Under the pieces are notes generated by a model. That model was given only the letters and a program-made list of their open reading frames with translations. It searched no databases and was not told where the DNA came from. DNA of 63,445 nucleotides, filler included. It is 6 parts of 6 records of this genome, joined end to end, with 100 filler letters (N's around TTAATTAATTAA, not from the genome) between each part and the next. Parts side by side here need not be neighbours in the genome. Positions count along the whole stretch, not along the records: positions 42,001 to 63,445 come from SRR20825010_4193; 5 more parts are not named here. One strand, 5' to 3'. The position numbers and the translations under genes are program-made. This document shows, piece by piece, positions 49,384-59,501 of this stretch. Position 1 is the stretch's first letter; each line of letters opens with the position of its first letter.

Positions 49384-50760
49384 GTGAAACACCCATGCAA
49401 GTACCATCCGGGAACGGAGGCGCTGTGGTATTGCGCCCATGATGGGCTGCATCTGTGTCAGCAATGTGTGGATGGCGATGAGCACCACCGTATGGAAGCC
49501 CGTTGCTTGCTGTGCAATCACGATCTGGTGCCGGTGGGACAGGATCAGGTCGGCCCTTTGTGGCAACGACTGGACCATTATCTGCAGCTGCCGTTTGCCT
49601 TGCCGTTACTGCCCCTGTTGGCGATCTGGGCGGTGCTGGCGGCGCTGGTGCCGCCATTGTGGATGATGGTGCCGGTGGCTTTGCTTGCCGGGTTGCCGAC
49701 CTTTGCGTTTTCCGCCGCCTTGATGGCACTGCGTGCCGGGCCCCGGAAAAGCCGCAAGGCAGCCTTGCCCGGCTGGGATTGTCTGGGTGAAAGCAAGGTC
49801 TGGCAAAGCGCGTTGTGGCAGGCACTACCGGCAATGTTGATTATCGCCCTGGCAGGCCTCCTGATGGTGGCGGTGTCGGTCCCGGCGGGCTTGATGGTGC
49901 TGGTGATTGGCATGTTGTTGGTGCCGGCCCTGTGGCTGGCGGTGCTGGTGCAAGGGGCTGAACCTGGGGCCTATGCGGCGGCGGCTACCTACATTGTCTC
50001 TGCCCCCCGTGATTATGGCGTGGCTGCCGGGTTCGCATCGCTGGGTGGTGTGTTGGTCGTGGCGTTGATTAGCGTGGCCATGGATGTGTTGTCCTTGCCC
50101 CTGGTGCAGGGCCTGGCCGGGTTGCTGCTGGCCTGGTGGTGGCTGGTATTGGCCGGCCTGTGCGCAGATGTCGCCGCCCGTCATGGTCGGCTGTGGGGGC
50201 TGAACCAGGGAGGGCGGCGTGTCACCCAGCCGTTGGCCGAGCGACGCCAACGCACGCAGTTGTGTGCCGGGCGGTTCGACAAGCTGTTGTTGACCACCAC
50301 GAAAGTCATCAAGACAAAGAAAGCCACGGTAGCGGATTGGCACCAGCACGACCGGATGCTGGCGGTGCTGGGTAAAGAGCAAGAGCGGGCTGCCCTGGTG
50401 GAGCCCTATCTGGATGTGCTGATTCGCGCCCAGGCCTGGAGTGATGCGCTGGCATTGGTGACCCGGCGGCGAAAACGCGACCCGCAATGGCTGCCGGGTG
50501 CACCGGTGCAAAGGCTGGCGCTGGCGGAAGGTATCCATGAACGCGAGCCAAAACTGGCGGTTGCCCTGCTCAAGGATCTGCACGACAAACACCCGGACTT
50601 TTCTGACCTGGGAGAGGCCTACCTGTTACTGGCCAAGGTGCTGGCCGAACAGTTCGGGCTGGCGGGCAAGGCCGAGCAATATCTCCGCTTTGTAGAAAGC
50701 CATTGTCGCGATGCCCGCTTACGCCAGAAAGTGTCGGAGTGCCGGGTGGCCTGGGGGTAA
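49384..50760 (+). CDS. B-box-like Zn finger + multi-TM + TPR-like helical protein (DUF4013-like)
   Basis: N-terminal CKYHP..C..D...CQQC..CLLC, about 6 hydrophobic segments and a helical C-terminus (EAYLLLAKVLAE). GTG start. Confidence 0.75.
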   Translation: MKHPCKYHPGTEALWYCAHDGLHLCQQCVDGDEHHRMEARCLLCNHDLVPVGQDQVGPLWQRLDHYLQLPFALPLLPLLAIWAVLAALVPPLWMMVPVALLAGLPTFAFSAALMALRAGPRKSRKAALPGWDCLGESKVWQSALWQALPAMLIIALAGLLMVAVSVPAGLMVLVIGMLLVPALWLAVLVQGAEPGAYAAAATYIVSAPRDYGVAAGFASLGGVLVVALISVAMDVLSLPLVQGLAGLLLAWWWLVLAGLCADVAARHGRLWGLNQGGRRVTQPLAERRQRTQLCAGRFDKLLLTTTKVIKTKKATVADWHQHDRMLAVLGKEQERAALVEPYLDVLIRAQAWSDALALVTRRRKRDPQWLPGAPVQRLALAEGIHEREPKLAVALLKDLHDKHPDFSDLGEAYLLLAKVLAEQFGLAGKAEQYLRFVESHCRDARLRQKVSECRVAWG

Positions 50761-50823
50761 GACTTTATGGCTAGCCCCCCCCCTTTTTTTTCTTTCTATT
50801 TAATCGTCACCCAAGCCTGGGCC

Positions 50824-52242
50824 TTAGCGATAGATGTGGTCGTATTGCACTTTCAGTGTGTTGATTAGGGCTTCCATGCTGGTTTCGGAAAGGCGGGTTG
50901 TCTTCCCCGCCAATGTGACGTCGACGGGTATGGTTACCTGTGCCGCGGCGGCGGCCACTTCCTTGTAGCCACGCAGAAGGTAGAGGTTGGCCTGGCTTGA
51001 GGTCAGGTCATCGGCGCTCATCTGGGCGGCGCTAAGCATCTTGATCGGATCAGTAATGAATGCGGTCTTCATGACCTTGAGGCCAGTCATCAAGTTGGCA
51101 TTTCTAAGAACTTTGGCTTCTTGAATGATGGCGGTCTGGTTATTGGAAAAGTCGTTAGTAGCGAGATAGAGGTCAAAGTGAACCTGGCTTTTTGCTACAG
51201 CAAAATCCCCCAGCGCCAGGCGAAAAGACTCGATATCCTGGACGGCTTGTTGGTCACTGTTGCTCAGGTTTTTTCGGCGCCAGCGATTTGCCAGGGCAGT
51301 GTCAAAGCGGGCAATAAAATCGGCATAACGATCATCACTGATTACTGTTTCTTCTGATTGGGTGTCCGCCAGTAACGTTTGGCTGTCCAGTGCAAAGACA
51401 CTCAAGTATTCAGCGGCAGGAAATGATGTCTCGAAGCTATCCATCTTGAGAATAAAGTACGGATACTGACGGGGAACATGTTCGCTGAATTGTGTTTTGG
51501 TTGTCTTATCCCAATGATGGTCACGGTTCAGTAATGAGAAGATGTCAGCACTGACCCCATTACAGTCCATAGCATCGGATTGAATGACTTGCGTACCGTT
51601 CATTAATCGGGTGGTTGCCGCATACAGCCCCTGGCTGTCCGGTAGTGCTTGTTGGTCAACGCGGAGGCTGACAATAGGGGCAATGCCTTTTCCATAGGTG
51701 GCGGGCAAGCCGGACCAGGTGCCGGGGTGAAAATACGGGTCAACATAACTGATAAAATTCAGGCAGGCGTCTGCGGGCAGGGATAGGTAAGCCCGTTTCT
51801 GGAATACTTTCCCTTCTTCATTCATGGACAGAATCGTGGGCTCAAGCACAATTTTTACGCCGCTCTCTGCCAGTTGATCGTTCATGGCCTGGTAGAGATA
51901 GAGAGCATAAAAACTGGTTTTCTCCAGGGTTTGTTGCAAGGCCTTTGGGTTGACGTCCAGCTGTCGCTTGAACTTGGCAACCATCTTTTCTTCTTGAGCT
52001 CCGGCCATGCGGGCCATGTATGGCGTATGGTCCGCAAAACGTTCGGCAATGGCTGCTTTGTGTTCCTCCTCTACCCCGGCAGGGTAGCGAATGCTGATAA
52101 TTCTGTGTTGGTAAGCTGAATCGGCCAATGGCGGTGCCGGTTCGTAAAAGTGGTTGGGCAAATTGTTTTTGGGGATGTCCGAGCTGATACAGCCAGACAG
52201 AGTCAGTGACAGCAAAGCAACAGCGGGAAGGTTCCTTTTCAT
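50824..52242 (-). CDS. Hypothetical lipoprotein, lower GC than neighbours
   Basis: MKRNLPAVALLSLTLSG-C lipobox with AAGGA RBS. No domain recognised. Confidence 0.78.
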   Translation of the reverse strand: MKRNLPAVALLSLTLSGCISSDIPKNNLPNHFYEPAPPLADSAYQHRIISIRYPAGVEEEHKAAIAERFADHTPYMARMAGAQEEKMVAKFKRQLDVNPKALQQTLEKTSFYALYLYQAMNDQLAESGVKIVLEPTILSMNEEGKVFQKRAYLSLPADACLNFISYVDPYFHPGTWSGLPATYGKGIAPIVSLRVDQQALPDSQGLYAATTRLMNGTQVIQSDAMDCNGVSADIFSLLNRDHHWDKTTKTQFSEHVPRQYPYFILKMDSFETSFPAAEYLSVFALDSQTLLADTQSEETVISDDRYADFIARFDTALANRWRRKNLSNSDQQAVQDIESFRLALGDFAVAKSQVHFDLYLATNDFSNNQTAIIQEAKVLRNANLMTGLKVMKTAFITDPIKMLSAAQMSADDLTSSQANLYLLRGYKEVAAAAAQVTIPVDVTLAGKTTRLSETSMEALINTLKVQYDHIYR

Positions 52243-52262
52243 GTTTTTTCCTTGGTTAGGAC

Positions 52263-53663
52263 TCAGAGAGTCAACGCTTTGGCCCGATGTGAAAGCCCTT
52301 CCTGTTCCAGGGCCCGTTGCAATGTATTGATAGCACTCTTTCGATGATCGTGTTCGTCGAGTTGTTTGGCCAGAGCTTCTGCCTGCTGAAAATTCCTGGC
52401 GTAAGTAAGGGTGAGGACAAGCTGCCAACCGGTTTCGGTGCTGAGTGGTTCGCGCTTGCGTTGATTGTATTGTTTCCAATGCTGGCTGATCTGGAGGGCC
52501 TCGCCAGAAGTACGCGCGGGGTGGCGAAATAAGGCCTCAGCGGCGTGTTTCAATGTGGTGGTGTCGCCGCTCATCTGCTGGGCCGTGAACAGGCCGGTGA
52601 GGGCGTCAAAATGGTTAGGTTCTTTGGCAAGGACCTGCTCGAAGGCAGCACTCGCGGCGTCGCCGTTCAGTTGCCCCAGGGCGTCCCAGCCCCGGGTCAG
52701 CGAAGACAGTTGCTGTGGGTCCTGGCTGCTATGGTTTTCCTGCTCCGCCTCGACGGGTTGTGGGCGCATGATCTGCACCAGCAATAGGCCGCCGAAAAAG
52801 GCCGCGAGGCCGGCGCTGAGGTTGGCGAGCAGTGGATTACTGAACAGGGCAAGGGCAGCGAGAGCCGCCACGGGCAGTGGCAGCAGGGTGTAGGGCGATA
52901 CAGACAGGCGCTGCCAACGTTTGTGTTTGGGATGCCAGACCGGCAGCGATAGCGCACCGCGCTGCAGGCCGAAGAAGGCGCCGAACCAGACCAGCAGGGG
53001 CGCGGTGGCGCCGTGGAAAGGAATCTGCCCCGGGCTCGCCAACAACAGGTAACCAAAACCACTGAGCAGGCACCCGAGAATCCACAGGGCGAATACTCGG
53101 CCGTGGCCGAGGCGCCGTTCCAGGGTGGGGGCCAGCGGCACTAATAACAGCAGGCTGGCCAGGGTCAGCCAGAGCGAAGCGCCGGTGAAGGGGGCGGTAA
53201 AGAAGCGGGCCGGGCGCGGCGAGTTGTCGGGCAGGCCCCAGCGATACAGGTTGCTGGTCGTTATCTGTGTGGGGATTTGTTTGCGCAGGCGGTCCCATTG
53301 TTCGATCTCTGCAGCGGACCAGAAATCCCGGGCGCGGCGTTTGCTGTCCACCACGAAGTCATCGGCGAACAGGGCCGCGCCGTAGACATGGGCGTCCATA
53401 TCCGCGTTTTGCTCCAGCTGTTGGGACAGGGCGCTTTGGTTATTGAAGCGAAGCCAGGAAAGGTAGTTGTCCCACTCCAGGGCTTTCAGACCACTGCTTT
53501 GATACCAGTTAAGCACCGGCTGGGAGGGGGTGGCGCTATTGAATAGCTGGCCAACGAGCAGGGCAATGGCCAGGCAGGCCATTACCCAGGGCGCAGAGCG
53601 CCAGGCAGCCGGGGCGGGATCAGTTGGTGTCTGCTCCGTGATCGGTGTGGTCATTGTCGTCAT
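52263..53663 (-). CDS. Rhomboid-like membrane protein with TPR-like tail, catalytic residues absent
   Basis: Rhomboid scaffold (RWGL..PARFFTAPF, LERRLG, IPFHGATA), with GxSG read as GATA and no TM6 His. Start may be 53654. Confidence 0.72.
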   Translation of the reverse strand: MTTMTTPITEQTPTDPAPAAWRSAPWVMACLAIALLVGQLFNSATPSQPVLNWYQSSGLKALEWDNYLSWLRFNNQSALSQQLEQNADMDAHVYGAALFADDFVVDSKRRARDFWSAAEIEQWDRLRKQIPTQITTSNLYRWGLPDNSPRPARFFTAPFTGASLWLTLASLLLLVPLAPTLERRLGHGRVFALWILGCLLSGFGYLLLASPGQIPFHGATAPLLVWFGAFFGLQRGALSLPVWHPKHKRWQRLSVSPYTLLPLPVAALAALALFSNPLLANLSAGLAAFFGGLLLVQIMRPQPVEAEQENHSSQDPQQLSSLTRGWDALGQLNGDAASAAFEQVLAKEPNHFDALTGLFTAQQMSGDTTTLKHAAEALFRHPARTSGEALQISQHWKQYNQRKREPLSTETGWQLVLTLTYARNFQQAEALAKQLDEHDHRKSAINTLQRALEQEGLSHRAKALTL

Positions 53664-54507
53664 CCCCCGGCGGTGTTACCCGTAACAGTCGTATCGTGCG
53701 GCCGTCGGCGCTGAGCACGGTGACGCGGAAGCCTTCCAGGGTGATGCTTTCATCACGGCCTGGCAGGCGCCCGAACTTCTGCATCACCAGTCCCCCGATG
53801 GTGTCGAACTCTTCATCACTGAGCTGGCAGTGGAAGTGTTCGTTGAAGTCGTCGATGGGCGTCAGTGCCTTGACGGTGTACTCGTTGTTGTCCAGATCCT
53901 TGATCAGGTAATCGTCTTCGTCGATATCGTGTTCGTCTTCGATTTCGCCGACGATCTGTTCCAGCACATCTTCGATGGTGACCAGCCCGGCCACGCCGCC
54001 GTACTCGTTGACCACGATGGCCATGTGGTTACGGCTGATACGAAATTCGCGCAGCAGGGAATCCAGACGTTTTGATTCTGGCACTACCATAGCCGAACGG
54101 ATGTGATCTTTGATCGCAAAACGCTCCATACGGGCGGGATCAAGGATTAACGGTAGCAGATCCTTGGCGAGCAGGATGCCAATGACTTCATCCGGGTCGT
54201 CGCCCAGTACCGGAAAGCGGGAATGGGCGCAGTCGATAATGGTGGGCAAAAAATCCCGTGGGTCGGAGCTGGCCTTGATGCTGACCATTTGCGAACGGGG
54301 AATCATGATCTCACGCACCTGCATGTCTGCCACGCAGATGGCGCCTTCGATGATGCCCAGGGTGTCGCCGTCGATGATGTGGGTGTCGCGCATGGAGCGC
54401 ATCAGTTCCAGTAGTTCGCTCCGGTCTCCCGGAGTGGGTGAGAAAAACTGGCCGACACGCTCCAACCAACTTCGGCTGGTACCGTTATCCGAAAAATCGT
54501 CCGACAT
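53620..54507 (-). CDS. corC: CBS-domain Mg/Co homeostasis protein CorC/YbeX
   Basis: VREIMIPRSQM, HSRFPV, EYGGVAGLVTIEDVLEQIVGEIEDE and DTIGG. Confidence 0.95.
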   Translation of the reverse strand: MSDDFSDNGTSRSWLERVGQFFSPTPGDRSELLELMRSMRDTHIIDGDTLGIIEGAICVADMQVREIMIPRSQMVSIKASSDPRDFLPTIIDCAHSRFPVLGDDPDEVIGILLAKDLLPLILDPARMERFAIKDHIRSAMVVPESKRLDSLLREFRISRNHMAIVVNEYGGVAGLVTIEDVLEQIVGEIEDEHDIDEDDYLIKDLDNNEYTVKALTPIDDFNEHFHCQLSDEEFDTIGGLVMQKFGRLPGRDESITLEGFRVTVLSADGRTIRLLRVTPPGDDDNDHTDHGADTN

Positions 54508-55034
54508 CAGGGGTTAAACTCCGTGTTTTCAGGTGGCGCCTGGCCTTCGTCATGGGCAGGGCTGTAAGGATCAGGAAACCCCAGCTCGCCAAGGGCGCGG
54601 ATTTCCAGGGTTTCCATGACGAGCGCATCGTCATCGTCGATATGATCATAACCCAGCAGGTGCAGCACACCGTGGGTGACCATGTGTGCCCAATGGGCGT
54701 CGAGCGGTTTGTGTTGTTCGCTGGCTTCGCGGTGGACCACCGTGTCGCAGATGACGATATCCCCCACCAGCGGTTCGACGGCGTCTTCCGGTAGCCCCTC
54801 GGGCATTTCAAACGGAAAGGACAGCACATTGGTGGGCGCGTCCTTGTCGCGGTAGTCGCGATTGAGGACGCGAATTTCCTCTTCTTCCACGATGCGCAGG
54901 GTGATGTCGCCCACCACGCCGCCAGCGGCGATGGCCGCATGGCGTACCCATTCGCACAGGCGGGCTTCGTCGGGGGCGTCCGGGGCATCGCTGGCCCACT
55001 GGATATCAACGGTCGGTGTCGGTATCCCGTTCAT
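54507..55034 (-). CDS. ybeY: rRNA maturation endoribonuclease YbeY
   Basis: [16 protein letters not shown] and [11 protein letters not shown]. Confidence 0.96.
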   Translation of the reverse strand: MNGIPTPTVDIQWASDAPDAPDEARLCEWVRHAAIAAGGVVGDITLRIVEEEEIRVLNRDYRDKDAPTNVLSFPFEMPEGLPEDAVEPLVGDIVICDTVVHREASEQHKPLDAHWAHMVTHGVLHLLGYDHIDDDDALVMETLEIRALGELGFPDPYSPAHDEGQAPPENTEFNP

Positions 55035-56010
55035 GACGGTCGTAGGCCTCTACAATGCGTTGAACCAGCGGGTGGCGAACCACATCGCGGCTATCGAACC
55101 GGGTCACCCCGATGCCGTTGACTCCGTCCAGCACTTCCAGCGTGTTGACCAGGCCAGAGCGTTGATGGCGGGGCAAATCCACCTGGGTCACGTCGCCGGT
55201 AATCACCGCGCGGGTGCCAAAGCCAATCCGGGTGAGGAACATTTTCATCTGTTCCGGAGTGGTGTTCTGGGCTTCATCCAGAATCACAAAACTGTTGTTC
55301 AGGGTGCGCCCGCGCATGTAGGCCAATGGCGCCACTTCGATGACCATTCTGTCCATCAGCTTGGCCACTTTTTCAAAGCCGATCATTTCGTAGAGCGCGT
55401 CGTATAGGGGGCGTAGATAGGGATCGATTTTCTCTGCCAGATCGCCGGGCAGAAAACCCAGCTTTTCACCGGCTTCCACAGCCGGGCGCACCAGCAGGAT
55501 GCGCTGAACTTCGGCTTTTTCAAGGGCATCGACCGCGCAGGCCACGGCCAGCCAGGTCTTGCCGGTACCCGCCGGGCCCACGCCGAAATTGATATCGTGC
55601 TTGCGGATCTGCTTGACGTACTCACGCTGGTGCGCGCCGCGGGGCTTGATGCGTACCCGCTTGGTGCGGATCAGCATGTCATCGCTGGGAAAGGGCACGG
55701 TGTTGTCTGCGTTGCCGCTGCTGGCATGGTCCGCCACGTTGGACTGTTGCAGATGCAGGTGCACCATTTCCGGGGTCAGCTCGGTGCCGTCACGGGTCTG
55801 TTCATAGAGTTCGCTGAGAATCGCACCGGCCGCATCCACGGCGTCGGCGTCCCCGGCCAGGTGAAACTGGTTGCCACGGTTGAGGATTTCCACGTGCAGG
55901 CGCTGTGCGATCTGCTTGACGTGCTCATCCAGGCGGCCACAGAGGCTGGCCAGTCGACGGGAATCGTTGGGTTCGAGGCTGATGTGCTGTGAAACGAGTG
56001 GTGTGTCCAA
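55006..56010 (-). CDS. ybeZ: PhoH-family ATPase YbeZ
   Basis: [29 protein letters not shown] and DEAQN. Confidence 0.95.
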   Translation of the reverse strand: MDTPLVSQHISLEPNDSRRLASLCGRLDEHVKQIAQRLHVEILNRGNQFHLAGDADAVDAAGAILSELYEQTRDGTELTPEMVHLHLQQSNVADHASSGNADNTVPFPSDDMLIRTKRVRIKPRGAHQREYVKQIRKHDINFGVGPAGTGKTWLAVACAVDALEKAEVQRILLVRPAVEAGEKLGFLPGDLAEKIDPYLRPLYDALYEMIGFEKVAKLMDRMVIEVAPLAYMRGRTLNNSFVILDEAQNTTPEQMKMFLTRIGFGTRAVITGDVTQVDLPRHQRSGLVNTLEVLDGVNGIGVTRFDSRDVVRHPLVQRIVEAYDRHERDTDTDR

Positions 56011-56229
56011 GATGGAAAAGGTGGCCCTTCGGGCTGTTTAGAGAGTGTATTCAGAATACCCGGAAGCGTTGTTCCGGGAAAGCGAATTCGCAGGGGCAGC
56101 GTAGCCGCCGGCACCGGCAGCTGCAAGGAGCAGTGCGCTTGTGTCTGACAGTTGGGGGGAGCGGGTGGATGAGAAACCCCGGTCGGACTCGCCGGTTACA
56201 CTTTGTCACGCGAAATTTGCCGGTTGTTT

Positions 56230-56257
56230 GCATCCATCCGCGTGTTGCCTGCGTATC
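56230..56257 (+). promoter_or_regulatory. Putative SigK-like ECF promoter GCATCC-N16-CGTATC
   Basis: About 85 nt upstream of the lipoprotein ATG, followed by two short leader hairpins (56265-56282, 56284-56301). Confidence 0.5.
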
Positions 56258-56341
56258 ACTGGCAGGGCACGGCACCGTGCCCGCCACTGAGGGTTCAGTG
56301 GTTCGATGGGTTGTTATCAATGGATGGAAAGGAGTAACAGG

Positions 56342-58378
56342 ATGAACATCGGCACGTATCGCAATGTGGGCTGTGTGGCCCTGGCGGCGGCAATCAGTCT
56401 CGCTGCCTGTGGGGGTAACAGTAGTCGTAACAATAGCGTAACACCACCAGAGGTTCGCACGGACCCGATTTTGGTGATGCTCAACGGCTCAACCAATAAG
56501 GGGTTAATCAACCGGCTGGATTCGGACCTGAATGTGGAAGCGCGTTTTTCATCCGGTGGCAACGAAGGCATGGCGCAGGATCTGTTAGGTAACGTGTATG
56601 TAGCCGATGACACAACGACCCCGAGTTCCTTCCAAACCATTCACCTTGCGGCCCAGCGAGAAGACAGCAGCCTGACTGATCCGGCGCTGGAGCGCGATAT
56701 CGATGCGCCCGGTTCCGCCACGGTGAAAGGGATTGCCGTGGCTCATGAGGCGGGCCTGCTGTTCGCCGCCAATGTGGGCGGTAACAGTATTGAAGTGTTT
56801 GGCACCGCGGCGGGCGACATGGCCCAGCCGTTAGCCTCCACCGCACTCCCTGCCAACTGCTGGGATCTGGCCTATAACGAAACCCTGGATATTCTGTTCC
56901 TGGCCATGACCAACGGCACTATTCTGGTGGTAGACGATTATGTGGCGGGCGGTTTCGATGCCACAGCAGCACGGACTATTACCCCAGGTGATGGCTCCAG
57001 CATTTCCAATATTCACGGGATTGCCTACCGCGCGGCCACCGATACGCTGGTGGTGACGGATGTGGGTGATGCGGCGGTGGCCGATGATGGCAAGGTTTAT
57101 GTGATCAGTAATGCCAGCTCCGCTTCTGGCATGGTGACGCCGGATCGCACGATCGCAGGGCCTGCGACGATGCTGGGCAATCCGGTAGACCTGATTCTGG
57201 ATGGCGACAAGGCGTATATTGCCGAGAAATCCAACGATGCGATTCTGGTCTACAACAATATTTTCTCTGGCGCGTCCGGCGATGTGGCACCGAATAAGAC
57301 GGTGGCCTCAGTGAAGCCGGAATCGTTGGTGCAAATCAGGACGCCGTCACTGGGTGACGATGTTTCTGATATTGATGACAGCAGCGTCACGATCAACGGG
57401 GTGCTGGTCTCCAGTAATGCGCCGTTGCCGGGTGACCCGGATGTGGTGGTGCTGGATACCGACCTGACGACCGTGCAGCGGGATTTCACCGTGGGCGAGT
57501 CACTGGAAAGCGTCAGCGTGAATCAGCTGGGGGATGTCTATCTCACCGCTGACGATGGCGCCAACCTGGACGGCCGCATTGTGGTGGTGAACCGTTTGGG
57601 CACCGAGCGTGATGGCGAGATGTTTTCGCTGAGCCGCGACCGCATTGTGTCCGGGGCGGCAACGACACTGGTCAGCCCGAAAGGCTTTGATGTGGCGGAT
57701 GAAGCCGGGCTGCTGCTGATCACCGATAACGGTGATCCGGCGGTGAAAGTGTTTGGCGCCCAGTCCGGTGGCAATGCGCCGCCACTGTTTTCAACAACCC
57801 TGACCGTGCCGCCCTGGGATCTGGCTTATGACCCGGACCAGGACCGCCTCTATGTGGCGCTCACCGATGGCACGGTGGCGGTGTTTGACGACTACGTAGC
57901 CAATGAAGGCGCGGACGATGCAGACCGGATTATCACCCCGGCTATCGGCGGTAGCGCCGTTGCCGCACCGACTAACCTGCACGGTATCGTCTATGTGGCT
58001 GACAGCAATGCGTTGATTGTCTCTGACGTGGGCAGTGGGGCGAATCCTACCGATGGCAAGTTGTATGTGATCGAAAATGCCGACCGGGCAGAGGGCAACA
58101 CCAACGTGTCGGTGAACATTGATAACGGTGATGGCACCACCGTTGGCAATACCCAGCTGGGCAATCCGGTGGATATCGCCTTCGATGGCAGCAGCCTGTA
58201 CGTGGCGGAAAAATCTCAGGATCAGGTGTTGCGCTTCGACAACATCCTGTCCAGCCCGGGCGGCGATGTGACACCGGATGCCAGTTATGCGCAGACCAAA
58301 CCGGAGTCCGTGGTGTTGTTGCCGGATTATCTGGCACCGGCTGAGGAAGATGGCCTGCCCAGCGGCAGCATACGCTGA
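56342..58378 (+). CDS. Acidic lipoprotein with two tandem NHL-like beta-propeller domains
   Basis: Lipobox LAAC-GG and AAGGAG RBS. Clear internal duplication (WDLAY, NxHGI, DVG...DGK, LGNPVD, AEKS, KPES each present twice). Confidence 0.82.
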   Translation: MNIGTYRNVGCVALAAAISLAACGGNSSRNNSVTPPEVRTDPILVMLNGSTNKGLINRLDSDLNVEARFSSGGNEGMAQDLLGNVYVADDTTTPSSFQTIHLAAQREDSSLTDPALERDIDAPGSATVKGIAVAHEAGLLFAANVGGNSIEVFGTAAGDMAQPLASTALPANCWDLAYNETLDILFLAMTNGTILVVDDYVAGGFDATAARTITPGDGSSISNIHGIAYRAATDTLVVTDVGDAAVADDGKVYVISNASSASGMVTPDRTIAGPATMLGNPVDLILDGDKAYIAEKSNDAILVYNNIFSGASGDVAPNKTVASVKPESLVQIRTPSLGDDVSDIDDSSVTINGVLVSSNAPLPGDPDVVVLDTDLTTVQRDFTVGESLESVSVNQLGDVYLTADDGANLDGRIVVVNRLGTERDGEMFSLSRDRIVSGAATTLVSPKGFDVADEAGLLLITDNGDPAVKVFGAQSGGNAPPLFSTTLTVPPWDLAYDPDQDRLYVALTDGTVAVFDDYVANEGADDADRIITPAIGGSAVAAPTNLHGIVYVADSNALIVSDVGSGANPTDGKLYVIENADRAEGNTNVSVNIDNGDGTTVGNTQLGNPVDIAFDGSSLYVAEKSQDQVLRFDNILSSPGGDVTPDASYAQTKPESVVLLPDYLAPAEEDGLPSGSIR

Positions 58379-58406
58379 GACCAGGCTGCTGAAACGGGGC
58401 GTCGGG

Positions 58407-59501
58407 TCAGGCAGGAGTGACCCTGGGCCCCAGATTGCCGTCGCAGGTGACGGTCTGTAGTTGGCGCGGATGCACAAACAGGGTATCCCCGGGTTGTGCA
58501 TCCAGCGCTTGCCAGGCGTCCCGACTCAATTCCACTTCCATCACCGCCGCTGGCCAGCCCAGCGCTTCCAGTTCCAGTGTTACCGTGCCGCCAAACACGC
58601 TGCGTGCGCCCAGTTTGACGGGCAGGTTGGCGCTGTCGCTGGGGTTTTTTCTCAGGTCCGCCTCGTGAGGACGCAGGTAAAGGGTGAGTTCACCATCCGG
58701 GCAGGCGCCTTCGGTGGTGAGGCGCAGTTGTGCGTTGCCCGCTTGCCAGCTGCGGCCGTCGTAATGGCCCTTCAATGCATTGATATGCCCCAGGAAATCG
58801 AACACGAAACGGCTGGCCGGTTGCTCGTAGACGGTGAGCGGTGACGCCATTTGTTCGATGCGCCCCTGGCTCATGACTACCACCTGGTCCGACACTTCCA
58901 TGGCTTCTTCCTGGTCGTGGGTCACGAAGATGCTGGTAACAGAAATTTGTTCGTGCAGATGACGCAGCCAGCGGCGCAGCTCTTTACGTACCTTTGCATC
59001 CAGGGCTCCAAAGGGTTCGTCCAGCAGCAGGACATCGGGTTTCAGGGCCAGCGCCCGGGCCAGCGCCACGCGCTGTTTCTGCCCGCCGGATAACTGGGCG
59101 GGGTAGCGACCGGCCAGGTGGCCAAGCTGGACCAGATCAAGGAGTTCATTGACCCGCTGGCGGATTGCCGAGCGGGCGGGGCGTTCTTTACGCGGCAGCA
59201 TGCGCAGGCCAAAGGCCACATTGTCGGCCACGGTCAGGTGGCGGAACAGGGCATACTGCTGGAAAACAAAGCCCACCTTGCGTTTGCGCACGTCCAGGTC
59301 GGTCACGTCCTGGCCATGGAACAGCACTCGTCCCTGATCCGCTTTTTCCAGCCCGGCAATGATGCGTAGCAGTGTCGTTTTGCCGGAACCGGAGGGGCCC
59401 AGTAGACCCACTAGCTGACCTTCCTGAACATCCAGATTGATGTCGTTCAGCGCGGTGAAATCGCCAAAACGTTTTTGAATCTGTTCGACACGAATGCTCA
59501 T
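58407..59501 (-). CDS. cysA: Sulfate/thiosulfate ABC ATPase
   Basis: [36 protein letters not shown] and a TOBE-like tail. Confidence 0.95.
   Translation of the reverse strand: MSIRVEQIQKRFGDFTALNDINLDVQEGQLVGLLGPSGSGKTTLLRIIAGLEKADQGRVLFHGQDVTDLDVRKRKVGFVFQQYALFRHLTVADNVAFGLRMLPRKERPARSAIRQRVNELLDLVQLGHLAGRYPAQLSGGQKQRVALARALALKPDVLLLDEPFGALDAKVRKELRRWLRHLHEQISVTSIFVTHDQEEAMEVSDQVVVMSQGRIEQMASPLTVYEQPASRFVFDFLGHINALKGHYDGRSWQAGNAQLRLTTEGACPDGELTLYLRPHEADLRKNPSDSANLPVKLGARSVFGGTVTLELEALGWPAAVMEVELSRDAWQALDAQPGDTLFVHPRQLQTVTCDGNLGPRVTPA

Noticed and set aside
50775..50791. C9T8 homopolymer as a phase-variation switch
   Set aside because: It lies between convergent stop codons, outside any CDS or promoter. 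It is more likely terminator-related or an insertion scar, and its length may be a sequencing error.
56011..56229. GC-rich hairpins upstream of ybeZ as a riboswitch or sRNA
   Set aside because: No known RNA family consensus was recognised, and short stems are expected at this GC content. An Rfam search would be needed.
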